A stretch of DNA of 64,000 nt from NCBI GenBank assembly GCA_951406725.2, contig OX597826.1, positions 67,208,001 through 67,272,000 of the forward strand, in the 5' to 3' direction. The notes beneath the pieces are model-generated. The model made no database searches, was not told the DNA's origin, and worked only from the letters and a program-made list of their open reading frames with translations. A program made the translations under genes and the position numbers. This DNA is from Octopus vulgaris (lineage: Eukaryota). Shown here piece after piece: positions 27,849-42,490 of the stretch (position 1 is its first letter; each line of letters starts with the position of its first letter).

Positions 27849-28289
27849 CAAAACACCGACAAATAAAATAAACTAATAATAAAACGGTAATGCAATATCG
27901 CCACCGGTTGTTAGAAAGGGATTTCAAAGGCTTACCAAAATCGGTGCTATCACAGAATCGTCACGAAAAAAAACAAAACAAAAAAAAGATGTATGAACGA
28001 AACAAGTTCTGCTAATTTCAACAATCTGATAACAGGGGCGAACCTTTAGTTTGGAAGAAAATCCCTAAAATAAACAAATAAACGAGTCAATTAGCTGGGG
28101 TATCAACTGTATCTAATTACTTTTCCCCATAAATTTATGTAGATATACCCCACCTCACATCCCTAAACGTTTGACCCAATTACGCCTCTATTCGCAGTCG
28201 CAACAAGCAAAGGAGCCGGTACACACTCCTCCTGTCTGTTAGAAATAGCAGTTGAATCTCTCTCATTACTGCCGTCTTTAAAAAGAAGG

Positions 28290-29078
28290 ATTGTGGTTTC
28301 GATTCCTGGTGCGGGGGCGACGCGCTGAGTTCTTGAGCAAAACACTTCATTTCAAGTTTTTCCAGTCCACTCAGCTGGCAAAAATGACGAATTTCTGCGA
28401 CGGGTCTACATCCCGTCCAAGTGAGGAATATACACAGACATGCAGGAAGTAAACAGACACCTTTAATTTTCAAAATCTTTCATTTGATATTAATTGGTTG
28501 AAGGAGGTTTTCTTAACTACTTGTCCATAATACCCAAGCTTATGCAGATATGTAATACACGTTCTTGGACTAACTTCTAGCTGTTTTGCAATGTTAGAAG
28601 CCTTCGAACGGGGTTCGTTTTACACAATTCTCTTCAAACAGCGAAGCTTCCTTTTCCAGGGTCCAGGTCGGCCGGGACGATAATCTGTTGATTCTTTTCC
28701 TTGGCTTTTGAATTGCACTATAATTCTATCAACAGTAAAAAGAGGAATTTGAAGATTTTCGGCAATTTTTCGGTGGCTGAGACTAGCCTCAGATTGCCCA
28801 ACAATACGACGTCTTTGAAAATTTGAGTTCCGCTCAATTTTTTGTGTGTGGCATGGTTACCCTTCGCAAATGTTTAATATAATGGTACCTGGAATGAAAA
28901 AGAATAATTAGATTGTAAACTCTACACCGCTGAAAACATATTAAGACGCTTAGATCAGAAAGTTTGCAAATTAAAGGTGTCTATTTACTTCCTGCATGTC
29001 TGTGTATATGCGTGATGGGAACCGGGAAACTGATCTTATGAGTCTATATGTCTCGAGAAGGAATTCCTCTTACTTTTA
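28290..29078 (+). mobile_element. SINE family C split by a Tc1-derived element
   Basis: Homologous to 40440-40640 on both sides of the 28433-29004 insertion. Confidence 0.75.
28433..29004 (-). mobile_element. Internally deleted Tc1-like transposon (TIRs + N-terminal HTH only)
   Basis: 42-bp TIRs cacagacatgcaggaagtaaa(c/t)agacacctttaattt(t/g)caaa with TA on both sides. Minus strand encodes [41 protein letters not shown]. Confidence 0.92.
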
Positions 29079-29482
29079 CTTAAAAGAGAGAAAGTGCATA
29101 GGACAATGTACGACGCGGTATGTAAAAAGAGGGAATGGTTACGGCTAAAATGCCATTAGTCATCGATCTGATGACTTGGAGCTGATGTGAAGTTAAAGAA
29201 TTTCGGCATCTGTAACATTTGAACCAAAGATATAGCCCGTTTGTGGATACTAGATTTGCTAGAAAATGCAGCCAAATCTCCAACAGAAGGATACGCTACC
29301 TACCCTCTTAAGAAAAGGAGAAGGCGTTTCATCGTAAAAATATATTCTCCAATATAGAAAGAGGTGCAGTTGACACGTTTGAAGTGCCTTCCATTTAAAG
29401 TCGACTCGATGATCAGTGACAGGAGGTTAAAAATAAGCATCAAAACCAAAATAAATCTAGTCAATTAACTGAAATTTCTTTA

Positions 29483-30075
29483 CAGTAATCCGTCGCCATA
29501 TCGCGGTTCGCCTATCGCGGTTCACTTATCACGGTTTATTATTTAAGCTTACGTAGATTCCTCCGTGATCTTTGTTTGCATTTCATAGTAAAATATATAT
29601 ATACAAGTAGGCTTAGGAGTGGCTGTGTGGTAAGTAGCTTGCTTACGAACCACATGGTTCCAGGTTCAGTCCCACTGCGTGGCACCTTGGGCATGGGTCT
29701 TCTACTATAGCTTCGGGCTGACCAAAGCCCTGTGAATGGGTTTGGTAGAAGGAAACTGGAGGAAACCCGTCGTATATATGTGTATATATATGTGTTTGTG
29801 TGTCTGTGTTTGTCCCCGAGCATTGCTTGACAACCGATGCTGATGCGGTTACGTCTCCGTAACCTAGCGGTTCGGCAAAGGAGAACGATAGAATAAATAC
29901 TAGGCTTACAAAGAATAAGTCCTGGGGGTGATTTGCTCGACTAAAGGCGGTGCTCCAGCATGGCCACAGTCAAACGACTGAAACAAGTAAAAGTGCAAGT
30001 TATAAAAATAATAATTATGAAAAATATACTGTACTGTTTCTCGGTCCCGGGTTTTCGACTACCGCAGGGAGTTTT
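29483..30075. mobile_element. Tigger/pogo-like MITE fragment interrupted by a SINE
   Basis: ta|cagtaatccgtcgccatatcgcggttc terminus with repeated tatcgcggttc subterminal motifs; far end degenerate. Confidence 0.45.
29610..29993 (+). mobile_element. SINE family A, full length
   Basis: Colinear with 5229-5636. Confidence 0.9.
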
Positions 30076-30588
30076 AGAGTGCAAGAGCAGTGCATGCCAT
30101 ATAAGTGACACTGGGGTAAAATATACAAAGCCCAATATATCCACCATGCCTATCCGTCTGATAAGGGTACACTAGGCACATGCATCACAACCATATGTGC
30201 GCGACATGGTGATCTCATATCACGATAAACAGCACCTGACCTTGCTGGTAGAGCCCAAAGTCCCTGAATAAGGGTTGTTTAAGGATGTTGAACGGACCAC
30301 CCATGTTTCCAAAGGTGAATTATCCAAACCCCTAAGAATTCCTTTCACCACACAGCTATGATGTCCCCCCGCTACTTCTGCTCATGATCAAAGATACACA
30401 TATCGTCAGCCACTAAGGGACATGCTCAACTGGTTAAGGTCAAACAACTGAAAAGCACATCTGTGGTATTGAGCAGAATATTTGCTGTAGCCCATCTTTT
30501 ATACCAAGACAAAACAATGCACATGATAACACTTCCAATCAGTTAAGATCAGAAGCCACAAGAGCCACTCCTGGTACTGCATCAGGAC

Positions 30589-30657
<69 letters not shown>

Positions 30658-30660
30658 CAT
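30075..30660. repeat. Probable interspersed non-coding retroelement abutting (ATT)n
   Basis: Higher-complexity ~510-bp block running into (ATT)n; single copy here, family unassigned. Confidence 0.35.
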
Positions 30661-31257
30661 CTTTATAATTTGTATATATTTATTTTATTAAAAATGCAAA
30701 ACAACGCAATGGAGAAATCTACGTAAGTTTAAATAATAAACGGTGATACAGCGAGGGATTGCTATATTACTATATTCCACCTCTAGTTAGGCCTCCCCTA
30801 CTGCCATATTTTATTCACATTCATTACATGTACCCCACAAATTCACCCCACCCTTATTTCTCCTTCAACAATAACTATCACATATTTTAGGGCAAATGTG
30901 TGCTTCACTTTCATGATGGTAGCATTCTCCTCCTCATCCTTCTCCTCCTCCTCATATTCCTTGTCCTCGTCTACCTTGTCCTTGCCCTTCCATCGCCTCC
31001 TATTCCTTTTCCTCCTCCTCCTCCTCCTCCTCCTCCTCCGCCTCCGCCGGCGCCTCTTCTTCTCCTACCACCATATTCCAAGGAAACCTATTACACACTC
31101 AAATCTCATTCTCTCAAGTCTTTTCTCTTTTCATGTTTATCTTAATTTTTCTTTCATTTTTCTTCTTCTTCTTGCTTGCTTTTGTATTATTTTTGAATAA
31201 TTCTCCAAAATCTTCTTTGCACATGTGTGTGCGTGTGTGTGTGTGTGTGCGTTTGTG

Positions 31258-31301
<44 letters not shown>

Positions 31302-31496
31302 ACAAACACAGACGTATATTCGTATATATATATATATCAGTCATAGAGAAAATTCTTTTCGTTGTAGACTTAGAGGTGTAAACACACCAAATTAGTTCGC
31401 AGCGCTCCCTAACCACTGTCTTTCCCTGTAACCACAATATTTCTCTCTCCCCCACTTTCTTTCACTCTCCACCACCCTCTCTCTGTCTCTGTCTCC

Positions 31497-31530
<34 letters not shown>

Positions 31531-31644
31531 TCACACGCATATATATCAGTCACGGAGAAAACGTTTCGCTGTAGACAGAAAGGTGTCAACAACACCGAGT
31601 CAGTTGGCTCTCCGCCCCCGCCCCCACCAACCATTGGATACATG

Positions 31645-31835
31645 CATTTACGAGTTGTGACTGTATGGTGAGAAGTTTGCTTCCCAAACACATGGTTCCA
31701 TCTACAGTTTCCACACCGAGTCACTTTGGGCACGTGTCTCCTGCTATGCAGCCTTGGGTCGATCGAAGCCTTGTGAGTGAATTCCTTAGACGGAAACTGA
31801 AATAAGCCCGTCACACACACACACACACACACATA
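31645..31835 (+). mobile_element. SINE family A head, diverged
   Basis: cacatggttcc..gccttgtgagtgaatt..agacggaaactgaaa. Confidence 0.75.
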
Positions 31836-32787
31836 TATCAATATAAACGGTTTGCCAAAATTCATCTGACAGTAAATCATAACCATTTAATTCCAAGATT
31901 ATTTATGTTTAACAATTGAATGAATTTAATAAAAGCATCTAAATATGAAACAGCATGAAAATCGTTCAAACTGAAGTCCTTCTTAACCAACACATTTTTC
32001 CATTCGAGTCAATACAGAGTTACAGATAGTATTTACGGAATTTTGATCGGGTGACTTTTAACCAGCCCTGAATATATGTATATATTTATATATACAGGCA
32101 TGGTCAAAAGTCAGCCGACAGTAAATCAAAATTATATATATATGTATATATATATATATATATGTAAAATACAAAATGGAATAAGAACGCAAAAGATCCG
32201 GACAGTTAGGTGATACAAAAAGAGACAACAAAACATCCAGATAGACGATACGAAGAAAACAAGGACTGGTCATTCGAAGTTTTCTTTCCTCAGTCAAGCA
32301 CCAGATTATCCTCGCAATTTCGGCTGTTTATTCTTGAGATTGCTCCAGTATGGCCAGCCCTAAGGAAAAACTAAGCTAACAGCATTAGATTGCTTAGAAG
32401 AAAGCAATGAATGTATACAAAAACAAGGAAGGAAAAAACGGGTGTTACACAAATAAAATTAAAATGATAACAGAACATAACAACGGTGTCTTTCGACTAA
32501 GGACGAAATAAATTAAGCAAGCGTGTGGAAAGGAAGCCTAACTGCAGGGATAGAGGGTTTCATGAACATAGGGAGGAAATGACAGGGACACAGTGAAGTG
32601 AAAAATGGAAGGAAAGTGACCAAGAAGAGAAGGCAAAGAAATGTGAGAGATCGGATCGAAAGAACGAAGAATGGAATGAACGAATAAGCGTGAAAGGGCT
32701 GATAGACAGAAACAGAGTCGTACAAGATTTAGAAAAATGTATACTTACATATAAGAGATCAAAGTGTACGTACGCCGCTATATATAC

Positions 32788-33281
32788 GAAAGGATGAAAG
32801 GCAAAGTCGACCTCGGCGGAATTTGAATTCAGAATGTAGCGGTAAACTCAGAACGTAGCGGCAGATGAAATACCTATTTCTTTACTACCCACAAGGAGCT
32901 AAACACAGAGAGGACAAACAAAGACAGACAAACGGATTAAGTCGATTATATCGACCCCAGTGCGTAACTGGTACTTAATTTATCGACCCCGAAAGGATGA
33001 AGGGCAAAGTCGACCTCTGCGGAATTTGAACTCAGAACGCAGCGGCTGACAAAATACTTATTTCTTTACTACCCACAAGGGGCTAAACACAGAGGGGACA
33101 AACAATGACAGATAAACGGATTTAGTCGATTATATCGATCCCAGTGCGTAACCGGTACTTATTTAATCGACCCCGAAAGGATGAAAGGCAAAGTCGACCT
33201 CGGCGGAATTTGAACTCACAACATAACGGCAGACGAAATACCGCTAAGCATTTCGCCCGGCGTGCTAACGCTTCTGCCAGC
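32788..33281 (-). mobile_element. SINE family B tandem array (head + ~3 units)
   Basis: Junctions at ~32873 and ~33057. Confidence 0.9.
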
Positions 33282-33779
33282 AGCACACACACACACACAC
33301 ATGCGGTGGTGTTCCAGCACAACCGCAATACATGGCTGAGAAGAATAACAAAACATAAAACGTGTTTGTGTGTTTGCGTGCAATCTCTTGGTGCTTCGAC
33401 TTTTGTTTCTTTCGTTCTTCTACCAATTTTCCTTCAAACCTCCTCTCTTTATGTTTAGATTTTCCATTCTTCTTATTCTTTCCTTCTTTGATTTCTTTCT
33501 TTATTCCATCTTTGTCTCATCGTTCTTACTCATTCTTCTCTCTTTCCGCTGTCTATCTCTTTCGTCATTTACCCTCTTTCTCACCACCATCATGGCCACC
33601 ACCACCACCACCACTTCCGACTCGCCCCGTCGTTCACGACAATCCGCCTCTTGCTCTTTATTTACGAAACCCCTCTAAGTCTACTTATCTGTCATATTGC
33701 TGCCTTTTAGCTTCCACCTAATCCTCTGTTTACGTACCAGAGACTTCCTCGCACAACGCACTCTCGGAATACGCATTCC

Positions 33780-34745
33780 CATACATACATACATACATAC
33801 ATACATACATACATACATACATACATACATACATACATACATACATGCATGCATGCAAATATACATAATTATATGCATACATAAATACATATATACATGA
33901 CTAAATATAGACATACATGCATACAAATATACATGCATACATATATACATACTTATTAGTATGCATACATACATAGTGCATATATGCATACATATACACA
34001 TACATACATGAATACAAATATACATACACAAGCATACATACACACATACAATTATATATACATGCATACATGTATATATACATGCATACAAATATACATA
34101 CATATACATACATAAATGCGTAATTCTATGAATGTATACATGCGTATATACATATGTCCAAACGTGCATACAGTGTATATATACATTTATTAATATAACT
34201 ATATAGGTTTAGACATGTCTTTGAACCGTATGCCTCAATGCGTGCATATATAAATACGTAGGCACATAGAGTGCGTGTATGTATGCATACATGTATGTAT
34301 ATATATATACATACGTATATATGCACATATAAATATATGCATGTATATAAACGCATATATATGTGTATTGATATATAGGTATATATGTATAACGAATGTA
34401 TATATATATATATATATATTCATGTATATATATGATAAATGCATATACATACGTACACACACACACACACATATATATATATAAATGTACATGTATGTAT
34501 ATGCATACCCACAAATGTACACGTACAAATACATGTATGTCTATGTAAGCCAAATATACAAGCATATATATTTGATAATATATGTATATATACGCATATA
34601 TATATATATACACACACACACATGCCCGTATAAATTGTATAAACATATGTGTCTATATATATATATATATGTGTGTGTATGCGAGTGTGTATACGTACAA
34701 ACCTGCTCATACACACACACATACACAAACACGTACACACACGCA
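33780..34745. repeat. Degenerate (TACA)/(TA)/(CA) microsatellite block
   Basis: Direct inspection. Confidence 0.9.
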
Positions 34746-35419
34746 CACTTACCTTCACTATTTACAGACATTCTCCTCATCTCTAACACACCTCATACTC
34801 CCCTTCAAACACTTCCCCCCCTTGTCCTCACTTTTCCTACTTTGCTCCTTCTCCTTCTTCTCAACCCCTTCTCTAGTTCCTCCTCCTACCTACTTCACAT
34901 GTCTCTTAATTATCTCTTTGATTATTTCTCCAGTCACCAACTTCCATTCTCACTTTATCAAATGTTTGTGATACCCGAAGCGGCAAAACACCCTCCACCC
35001 GCCAAAGCCTCGCTACCTTATTTTTGTTTCAATATTTTTCTTTGCCATCTATTTATTTTTGTTTATTCCACTTTGCTTATCGCACCATTTCTTAACCATT
35101 TCGCACCATAGATTCTTCATTTGATTTATTCAAACAGTTGCCGCCACTCAATTCCAAATTCTTTATTTCATGGCTTGGAAAACATCGAGGTATCTGAAAA
35201 TATAATTTAGCTATCAGCTGTGTGTGTGTATGTGTGTGCGGTGAGCATTTAAGCACAAACGTTTATGCATATATAAATTTACACATACACATAGACATAC
35301 ACACACGCTAGCACCCAAGCATATATACATTGGAAGAATTCAGAAACTATTCAGATATTATGGAGTGGATTGTTTTTAACACTGGAATCGAAGTAGACGC
35401 AAAAAAAAAATTATTTAAT

Positions 35420-35720
35420 TCATTTTGCGGGAAGGATTGCTTCGGTCTGGCCGAGTTCTGCCCTTACCTTCGAAACACGCATTGAGTCGAAACAGGGGCA
35501 GATGAAGAAGGAGACTGTTCCTTGTATCGTTTGTCTTGTACTCTGTTTTTTCGTTGTTAAAAAAAGGCCTTTTCCTCGTTTGATTTGTTTTCGTTTCTCG
35601 TGGTGTTCTACGTTTATTTGTGGTGTCCTGTACTCATATATGCATGTATATATACATATAGATGTAGGTATGTACATATATGTATGTATGAATATGTTTT
35701 ATTTATTAAATTGTTATTAT
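35420..35720 (+). repeat. Interspersed repeat, same family as 2255-2520
   Basis: Inverted homology to 2255-2520. Confidence 0.75.
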
Positions 35721-36204
35721 ATGATTGAACGCTCGCGTCGTTTTTCTTCTTCTCCAAGTATGTTTTAGACAAATATATAAATCCTTGACTGGGAGAAAGT
35801 CAGTGGCTGCCTGTGGGACACAAATCCACATCTTCTGTACAAGTATCAGACGCGTTAATCATTACACCAGAGTGGCACCCTCAATTTTGTCCATACATTT
35901 TAGAAGCTTTTTTTTTTAACAGCGAATGTTTCATGATTATAAGAGTTGAAAACATCGAAAAGTATGAAATAAAATGTTTCTTCGACGGCAGAACTCGAAG
36001 TAGATATAGCTATATATAATATCTCATGTGTGTATATAAATACACACACATGTGCAGATATACACACTTATAATGCAGTCCTTTATTTTCTGTCGATTAC
36101 CGACACATGTGGCGCTTATAAATGTGCTTACAAAATATTCTCACATTGTAAAATGCTATTATTTAGCATAACAATTAGAAGGAATGTGTCTTCTGAGATT
36201 TCTT

Positions 36205-36375
36205 AGCATAATGGTTTAAAATGCTCAGCCGGAATTTGAGAGGAACTGGATTCGATTCCTTCTGGAAGCCTGTTGGTTACTGTTACCCGTCTTCTAAATG
36301 GTATTTACCCGACTCTGTAAGCTGTCCTCGCACCCTTCATGTGTTCACGAATTCCTTTATTCTCTGTTTCTCTCT

Positions 36376-36378
<3 letters not shown>
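36205..36378 (+). mobile_element. Diverged tRNA-derived SINE-like sequence
   Basis: A-box-like tagcataatgg and B-box-like ggattcgattcc at tRNA spacing. Confidence 0.45.
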
Positions 36379-36412
<34 letters not shown>

Positions 36413-36575
36413 TATATGTGTGTGTATATATATATACGTGTGTGTACATATATATATATGTATATGTGTAATTATATATATATATATACGTGTGTGTATA
36501 TATATATATATATATATGTACATATATATATATATATATGTATACATATATATATGTACATATATATATATATTT

Positions 36576-36661
<86 letters not shown>

Positions 36662-36689
36662 AGAAACGACACGACATTTTGTCATATAT

Positions 36690-36730
<41 letters not shown>

Positions 36731-37632
36731 AGTTATAGTATGTTTTGTTAAGAACGTAGTTGAGTACAGTATAAAGCTCGTCTACCTTCAGATGTCACCC
36801 TGGGCTATCCAGTAGTAGTAGTATTATATGTACTTTCAGTCATTTCAGGCCACGACAAACAGAGAGGATTCTCTTGAAGGCAAGAATTTGAACTCATAGA
36901 GACAATATTTACATATCGCTTGTGGAAACACAAGCTAGACCTCATAATGCAGGGAAACGGCTGCGTGATCAAGTACCTGCACGCCTGGAAAACTACGTTG
37001 CGTAGAAACAATTGGATTGATTGAAAATGAATATCAAACCGTACTCCTTGTTGCTGACTCCAAGTTTTTTCGATTAAACGCCCCCCCCCCCGTCCAATGA
37101 ACGGTGCTGAGTTGTCGAACATTTAAACCAAATTTTCTCAAAACAACTTGTCCGACCGTCCCATAGGCCTCCTCTTTGAGAAACACTGATTTAACCTAAA
37201 TTTGAGACACCAGCAAAAGAAGAAATAAAGATAGCCTTTTTTTCTATTCCAAAGAAAAGCGATTTTATTCACACAAATATGCAACCGAAGAGTTTAAAGT
37301 ACCGGTAATGATAAGGCTGTTGACTGGGAGAACACAAACATGGTTTAAACAGTAACTTTGGCAGGAGAGAAACGTGCCTTTAAGCAGTACAAAATAAAAA
37401 AAAATGGAAGGTGCAGTTATTCAAGGAAGAAAATAGTATTTTCTTCCTTGAATAAAAAGCAATCAGTGTTTTCTTTTCATTAATAAATAATTAAGCATGT
37501 GTTTATTTCAATAAAATTTTCGGTTTTGTAGAACGAAGTTAAGGCAAAAAAAAAAAAATTCTTGAGAAACCAAATTGTCTTTACTTCCTTTATGCCAAGT
37601 TTCAAGATATTATCTCTTTTGCATCTTACTTG

Positions 37633-37663
<31 letters not shown>

Positions 37664-37883
37664 CATAAATACATACATAGATGCATGTGCATATACGTAT
37701 ACGCATGCACATCGGGACTCCTAAGTATTTTTACACCTGCAGCTTGTCACAGAAATTCGTGGAATTCTTTACTTACCCAGAAAATATTATTAACTTGCTG
37801 TACTAACAGAGCTTAAAAAGTATTTATCCGGATTGATAAGACCCCACTAATAATAAATATGTATATATATATATATATATATA

Positions 37884-37940
<57 letters not shown>

Positions 37941-38174
37941 ATTATTATTATTATTAGTAATTTTAACAGAGACAATTGAGTGGCTCAAGTACAGAGTTCC
38001 GGGCGTTTCTTTCATAAATGCAATCGCACGAAAATCTCAAGTCTTGATCAATCTGTCTTTTCTGTTAAATAGTAGAAAAATATGTGTGTGTGTGTGTGTG
38101 TGAATATATATATACATATGTGTATAAACATACATATAATATACATATACATATATAGACACACACACACACAG

Positions 38175-38220
<46 letters not shown>

Positions 38221-38374
38221 GTATATATAATAACTGAAAAGAAAAGACTTGGTGATATTCGTTCTGCTCCAAGTTACAGACAATATCTTATCATTCAGAC
38301 CGTCAGAAACGGATACGTCCACTGCAGTGTTGTATCTAATGATGCTATTGTTCAGCAGTTGCATCTGACAATCC

Positions 38375-38447
<73 letters not shown>

Positions 38448-38481
38448 CATATATGTCTACATAGATACATACATAGATACA

Positions 38482-38561
<80 letters not shown>

Positions 38562-39110
38562 CACACATGCATACATACATAGATATACAGAGATACTTGG
38601 ATATTTAAATACATGCATATTTACTTGAAAATATGGAAAACATATATTTATAAAGTCAGATGTCCAAAAGTATACTTTACATGAACGGATTATTAGGAGA
38701 CGGAAGATTAGCAAAACTTTTGGGGGTAGGCATAGCGCAAAATATCATACTTGGGGAGTGGTCAAGGTAATAAAAAATAAAAAATAAAAAATAAAATAAA
38801 AAAATAAAATAAAAGATAAAATAAAGAATAAAATAAAAATATAAAAAATATAAAAAATATAAAAAATATAAAAATATAAAAAATATATATAAAAAAAAAT
38901 AAAAAAAATATATAAAAAATATATATATAAAAATATATATATATATAAAAATATATATAAAATATATATAAAAAAAGGGGGATAGATTATAGGTAATAAG
39001 GAGATTCTCATAATCTAATTATGCGTATCAGCAACTGGATTCACAAGTACATATACAAATCTACGCACACACATACATCAAAGTATACAACATTAAGACT
39101 GCTCTCACCA

Positions 39111-39202
<92 letters not shown>

Positions 39203-39308
39203 TATATATATATATATATATACACTGTATATATACATGCATATACTTATATTACTACATATCACATATATAGACATATATATATTATATATATATATGT
39301 ATATATAG

Positions 39309-39361
<53 letters not shown>

Positions 39362-39522
39362 TACATATGTGTGTATGTGTGTGTATACATACACAAAGAT
39401 ACACACACACGCGCACACATACATTCACACACACGACTACATATATATATAATATACCTATTTAAATATATATATATATTTAGTAAACAAGTTAATATAT
39501 AAAAACTTTATTGGCTGCTATG

Positions 39523-39575
<53 letters not shown>

Positions 39576-40392
39576 ATTTGTATGTTTGAGTGAATCTACA
39601 TAGATGTGTATATACACGTACGTATGTATGCGTGTATAAAGATGAAACATATCCATTCATATAAATATATATATACACAAATATATATGTATATATATAT
39701 ATGTGCATATTTGTAGTTACATATATGTATGCATACACATACACACATACACATACACGTATAATTTTATATATATGCACAAACAATACGCTCACATAAA
39801 CACGTATATATCCTCTTGGGAAAAAAAGGAACAGAATCCACACTCCATCCTGCATGTGGCAACAATATTCTGGAATTATCGAAGAAAAACTGGCGGAAAT
39901 AATGTAGAAAGTCGATGTAGAGACCACAGAATTATGAAAAATGAGGAAAGATTTTCTATAAATAATACGCAAAGAAAAAATACCGTACAACAAAAACTTT
40001 AAAAAATGGTTGCCAAATATGTCATTGCATAATAGATTAACAAATGAGAATGCGTTATTATCAATAAATCAAAAAGTCAGGTTCTGCGTGGTCGCTCATT
40101 ATGCTAGAAATAGCAGTAAATTCATCTTTATAAGAAACATTTCCTATCATTTTAATATATGAAAGATACTTTAGATAATTTAGTTATAGATAGTCGAGGT
40201 TCGTGATGAAAAATAAATGAAGGCCACCAAAGCAAATTTTATTCATTAAGGGACCTTTGGGGCCATTGACATGCTAGGCCAGGTCTGTGTTCATATAATT
40301 TATTATAAATAACACCCGGATATTCCTCAATTGAGACGGTCCCAAGAAGGAGAGGAGGCACTGGAAATTATAAACTTGTAAGTAAATACGGC

Positions 40393-40640
40393 AGTGAAGG
40401 CGCGTTGCTTAGTGGTTAGGGTGTCAGCATCATGATCATAAGATTGTGGTTTCGATTCCTGGACCGGGCGATGCGTTGTGTTCTGGAGCAAAACACTTCA
40501 TTTCACGTTGCTCCAGACCACTCAGCAGGCAAAAATGAGTAACGCTGCGATGGACTGGCGTCCCGTCCAGCTGGGGAACACATACGCCATTGAAACCGGG
40601 AGACCGGGCCCATGAGCCTGGCCAGGTTTTAAAAGGGAGC
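40393..40640 (+). mobile_element. SINE family C, near full length
   Basis: gtgaaggcgcg..tagtggttaggg head, ggtttcgattcc B box and shared core. Confidence 0.85.
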
Positions 40641-41099
40641 ATTTATTACTTATTTTTTTATATTTAAGTAAATACGGGAGAAGCATTGTTAAAATGTCTT
40701 TGATCACAATTTGGCTCGATCAGAGATGTTTTAGGGGTATTTAAGAGCAGACAGGCTGTGTGCAGGTTAGTGAATTAAATCGACTATTATTTGACTACTA
40801 TGCTATTTTATCGACCCCTTGTAATGATGAAAAGCATTGTTTCAGTCTGAGGAATACGAACTCAGGTTTTAAAGGAATATCAACTCAGGTATCTGAGGAA
40901 GAAATATCAAAAGGCTTTTACTGTCCAACGCTTTAAGATTTTGCCAATCTGCTGTCCACACAGCAGTAATAACAGAATATTTTTCTCGAGCACTACGACT
41001 GATAAAGCCGGCTACCTTGATTTGAATGTATATAAGTGGCCGAGATCACAATATTCTGTTGAAAGGTATAGCAGGGTTCAATGCGATCTACTTTGTGTG

Positions 41100-41646
41100 G
41101 AGGAAGCCGATTGATTTTATCGTCCACAGTGCTTAAATGGTGCTTAATTTAATTTATTTTATCGACTCCGAAGGAAAGAAAAGTAAAATCTGCATTGTTG
41201 GAATTTGAACTGGGAACGTAAAGAGCTGGAAGAAAAACCTATTTCTTTACTACCCACAAGGGGCTAAACACAGCGAGGACAAACAAGGAATTAAGTCGAT
41301 TATATCGACCCCAGTGCGTAACTGGTACTTATTGAATCGACCCCGAAAGGATGAAAGGCAAAGTCTACCGCGGCGGAATTTGAACTCAGAACGTAAAGAG
41401 AGACGCAATACCTATTTCTTTACTGCCCACAAGGGGCTACACACAGAGGGGACAAACAAGGACAGACAAACGGATTAAGTCGATTACATCGACCCCAGTG
41501 CGTACCTGGTACTTAATTTATCGACCCCGAAAGGATGAGAGGCAAAGTCGACTTCAGCGGAATTTGGACTCAGAACGTAACGGTAGACGAAAAACCGCTT
41601 AACATTTCGCCCGGCGTGCTAACGTTTCTGCCAGCTCTCGCCGCCT
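41100..41646 (-). mobile_element. SINE family B array: two young units joined to an old diverged unit
   Basis: Junctions at ~41238 and ~41411. Confidence 0.85.
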
Positions 41647-42431
41647 TATAGCAAAAGCAGTCACCCCGCCAAAAAGACAAAACAAAAAACAGAAATACGT
41701 CAACAATGTTACTACAAAATGACATTGCAACAAAGGATCCGCTAAAATTTATAAGCATCACATATAAAGAATGTGAGGGATATGATTAAAATAACGGGTA
41801 TTTAATGGTTTAACTTTTGGATACGTTAATTGGTAAATACTAGTGTATTTAGCTACTTGTTCTCCACCTGGTCAATTAGTGATCAGGGTATTTTTGACGC
41901 TGAAAGAAACAAGTGTCGGAAACTCAATTCAAGGCAGACAACTGCAACATAATTAATTTGCAAGGCACTGTTTTTCGGTACTTTTCACGCTCCTGTTCTG
42001 TTTATATCTTTCACTGTAATATATACACAATCATCCACGCATATACACATGTATATACACATGCATACACACATTCTTATCTACACTCATACTTAGATCC
42101 ATGCTAATGTAAATACAAGTCCGTATGTGTATAAAATAGTTAATTAATATTTTAACGACTCTGTTGACTATTGTACAATATGCATTTGACTCTAGCCTTT
42201 TTCCGCTGGATCCTAAATTGGGCCTTATTTAAATAACGATTGTTATCAAATTCTCTTCGTTGACAGAAGTAAAAAAAATGGTCATTCCTCATTGGAATAT
42301 GCTCGCATAATCTGCTTATTTTTCTGAGTGAGGCAAAAATAACAAACGGCATTTATGATAACTATTTCATTCCACTACATAATCGGTATAAGCTGTAGCA
42401 GAATATTTATACTAAATGTAAATGTATCTCA

Positions 42432-42490
<59 letters not shown>

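Noticed and set aside
32265-32330. Hammerhead candidate CTGAGGA-AAG-aaaa-CTT-CGAA on the minus strand
   Set aside because: It lacks GAAA and coherent stems I and III.
32788-33281. CRISPR-like or satellite array
   Set aside because: The units are ~180-bp SINE bodies without unique spacers, in a eukaryotic context.
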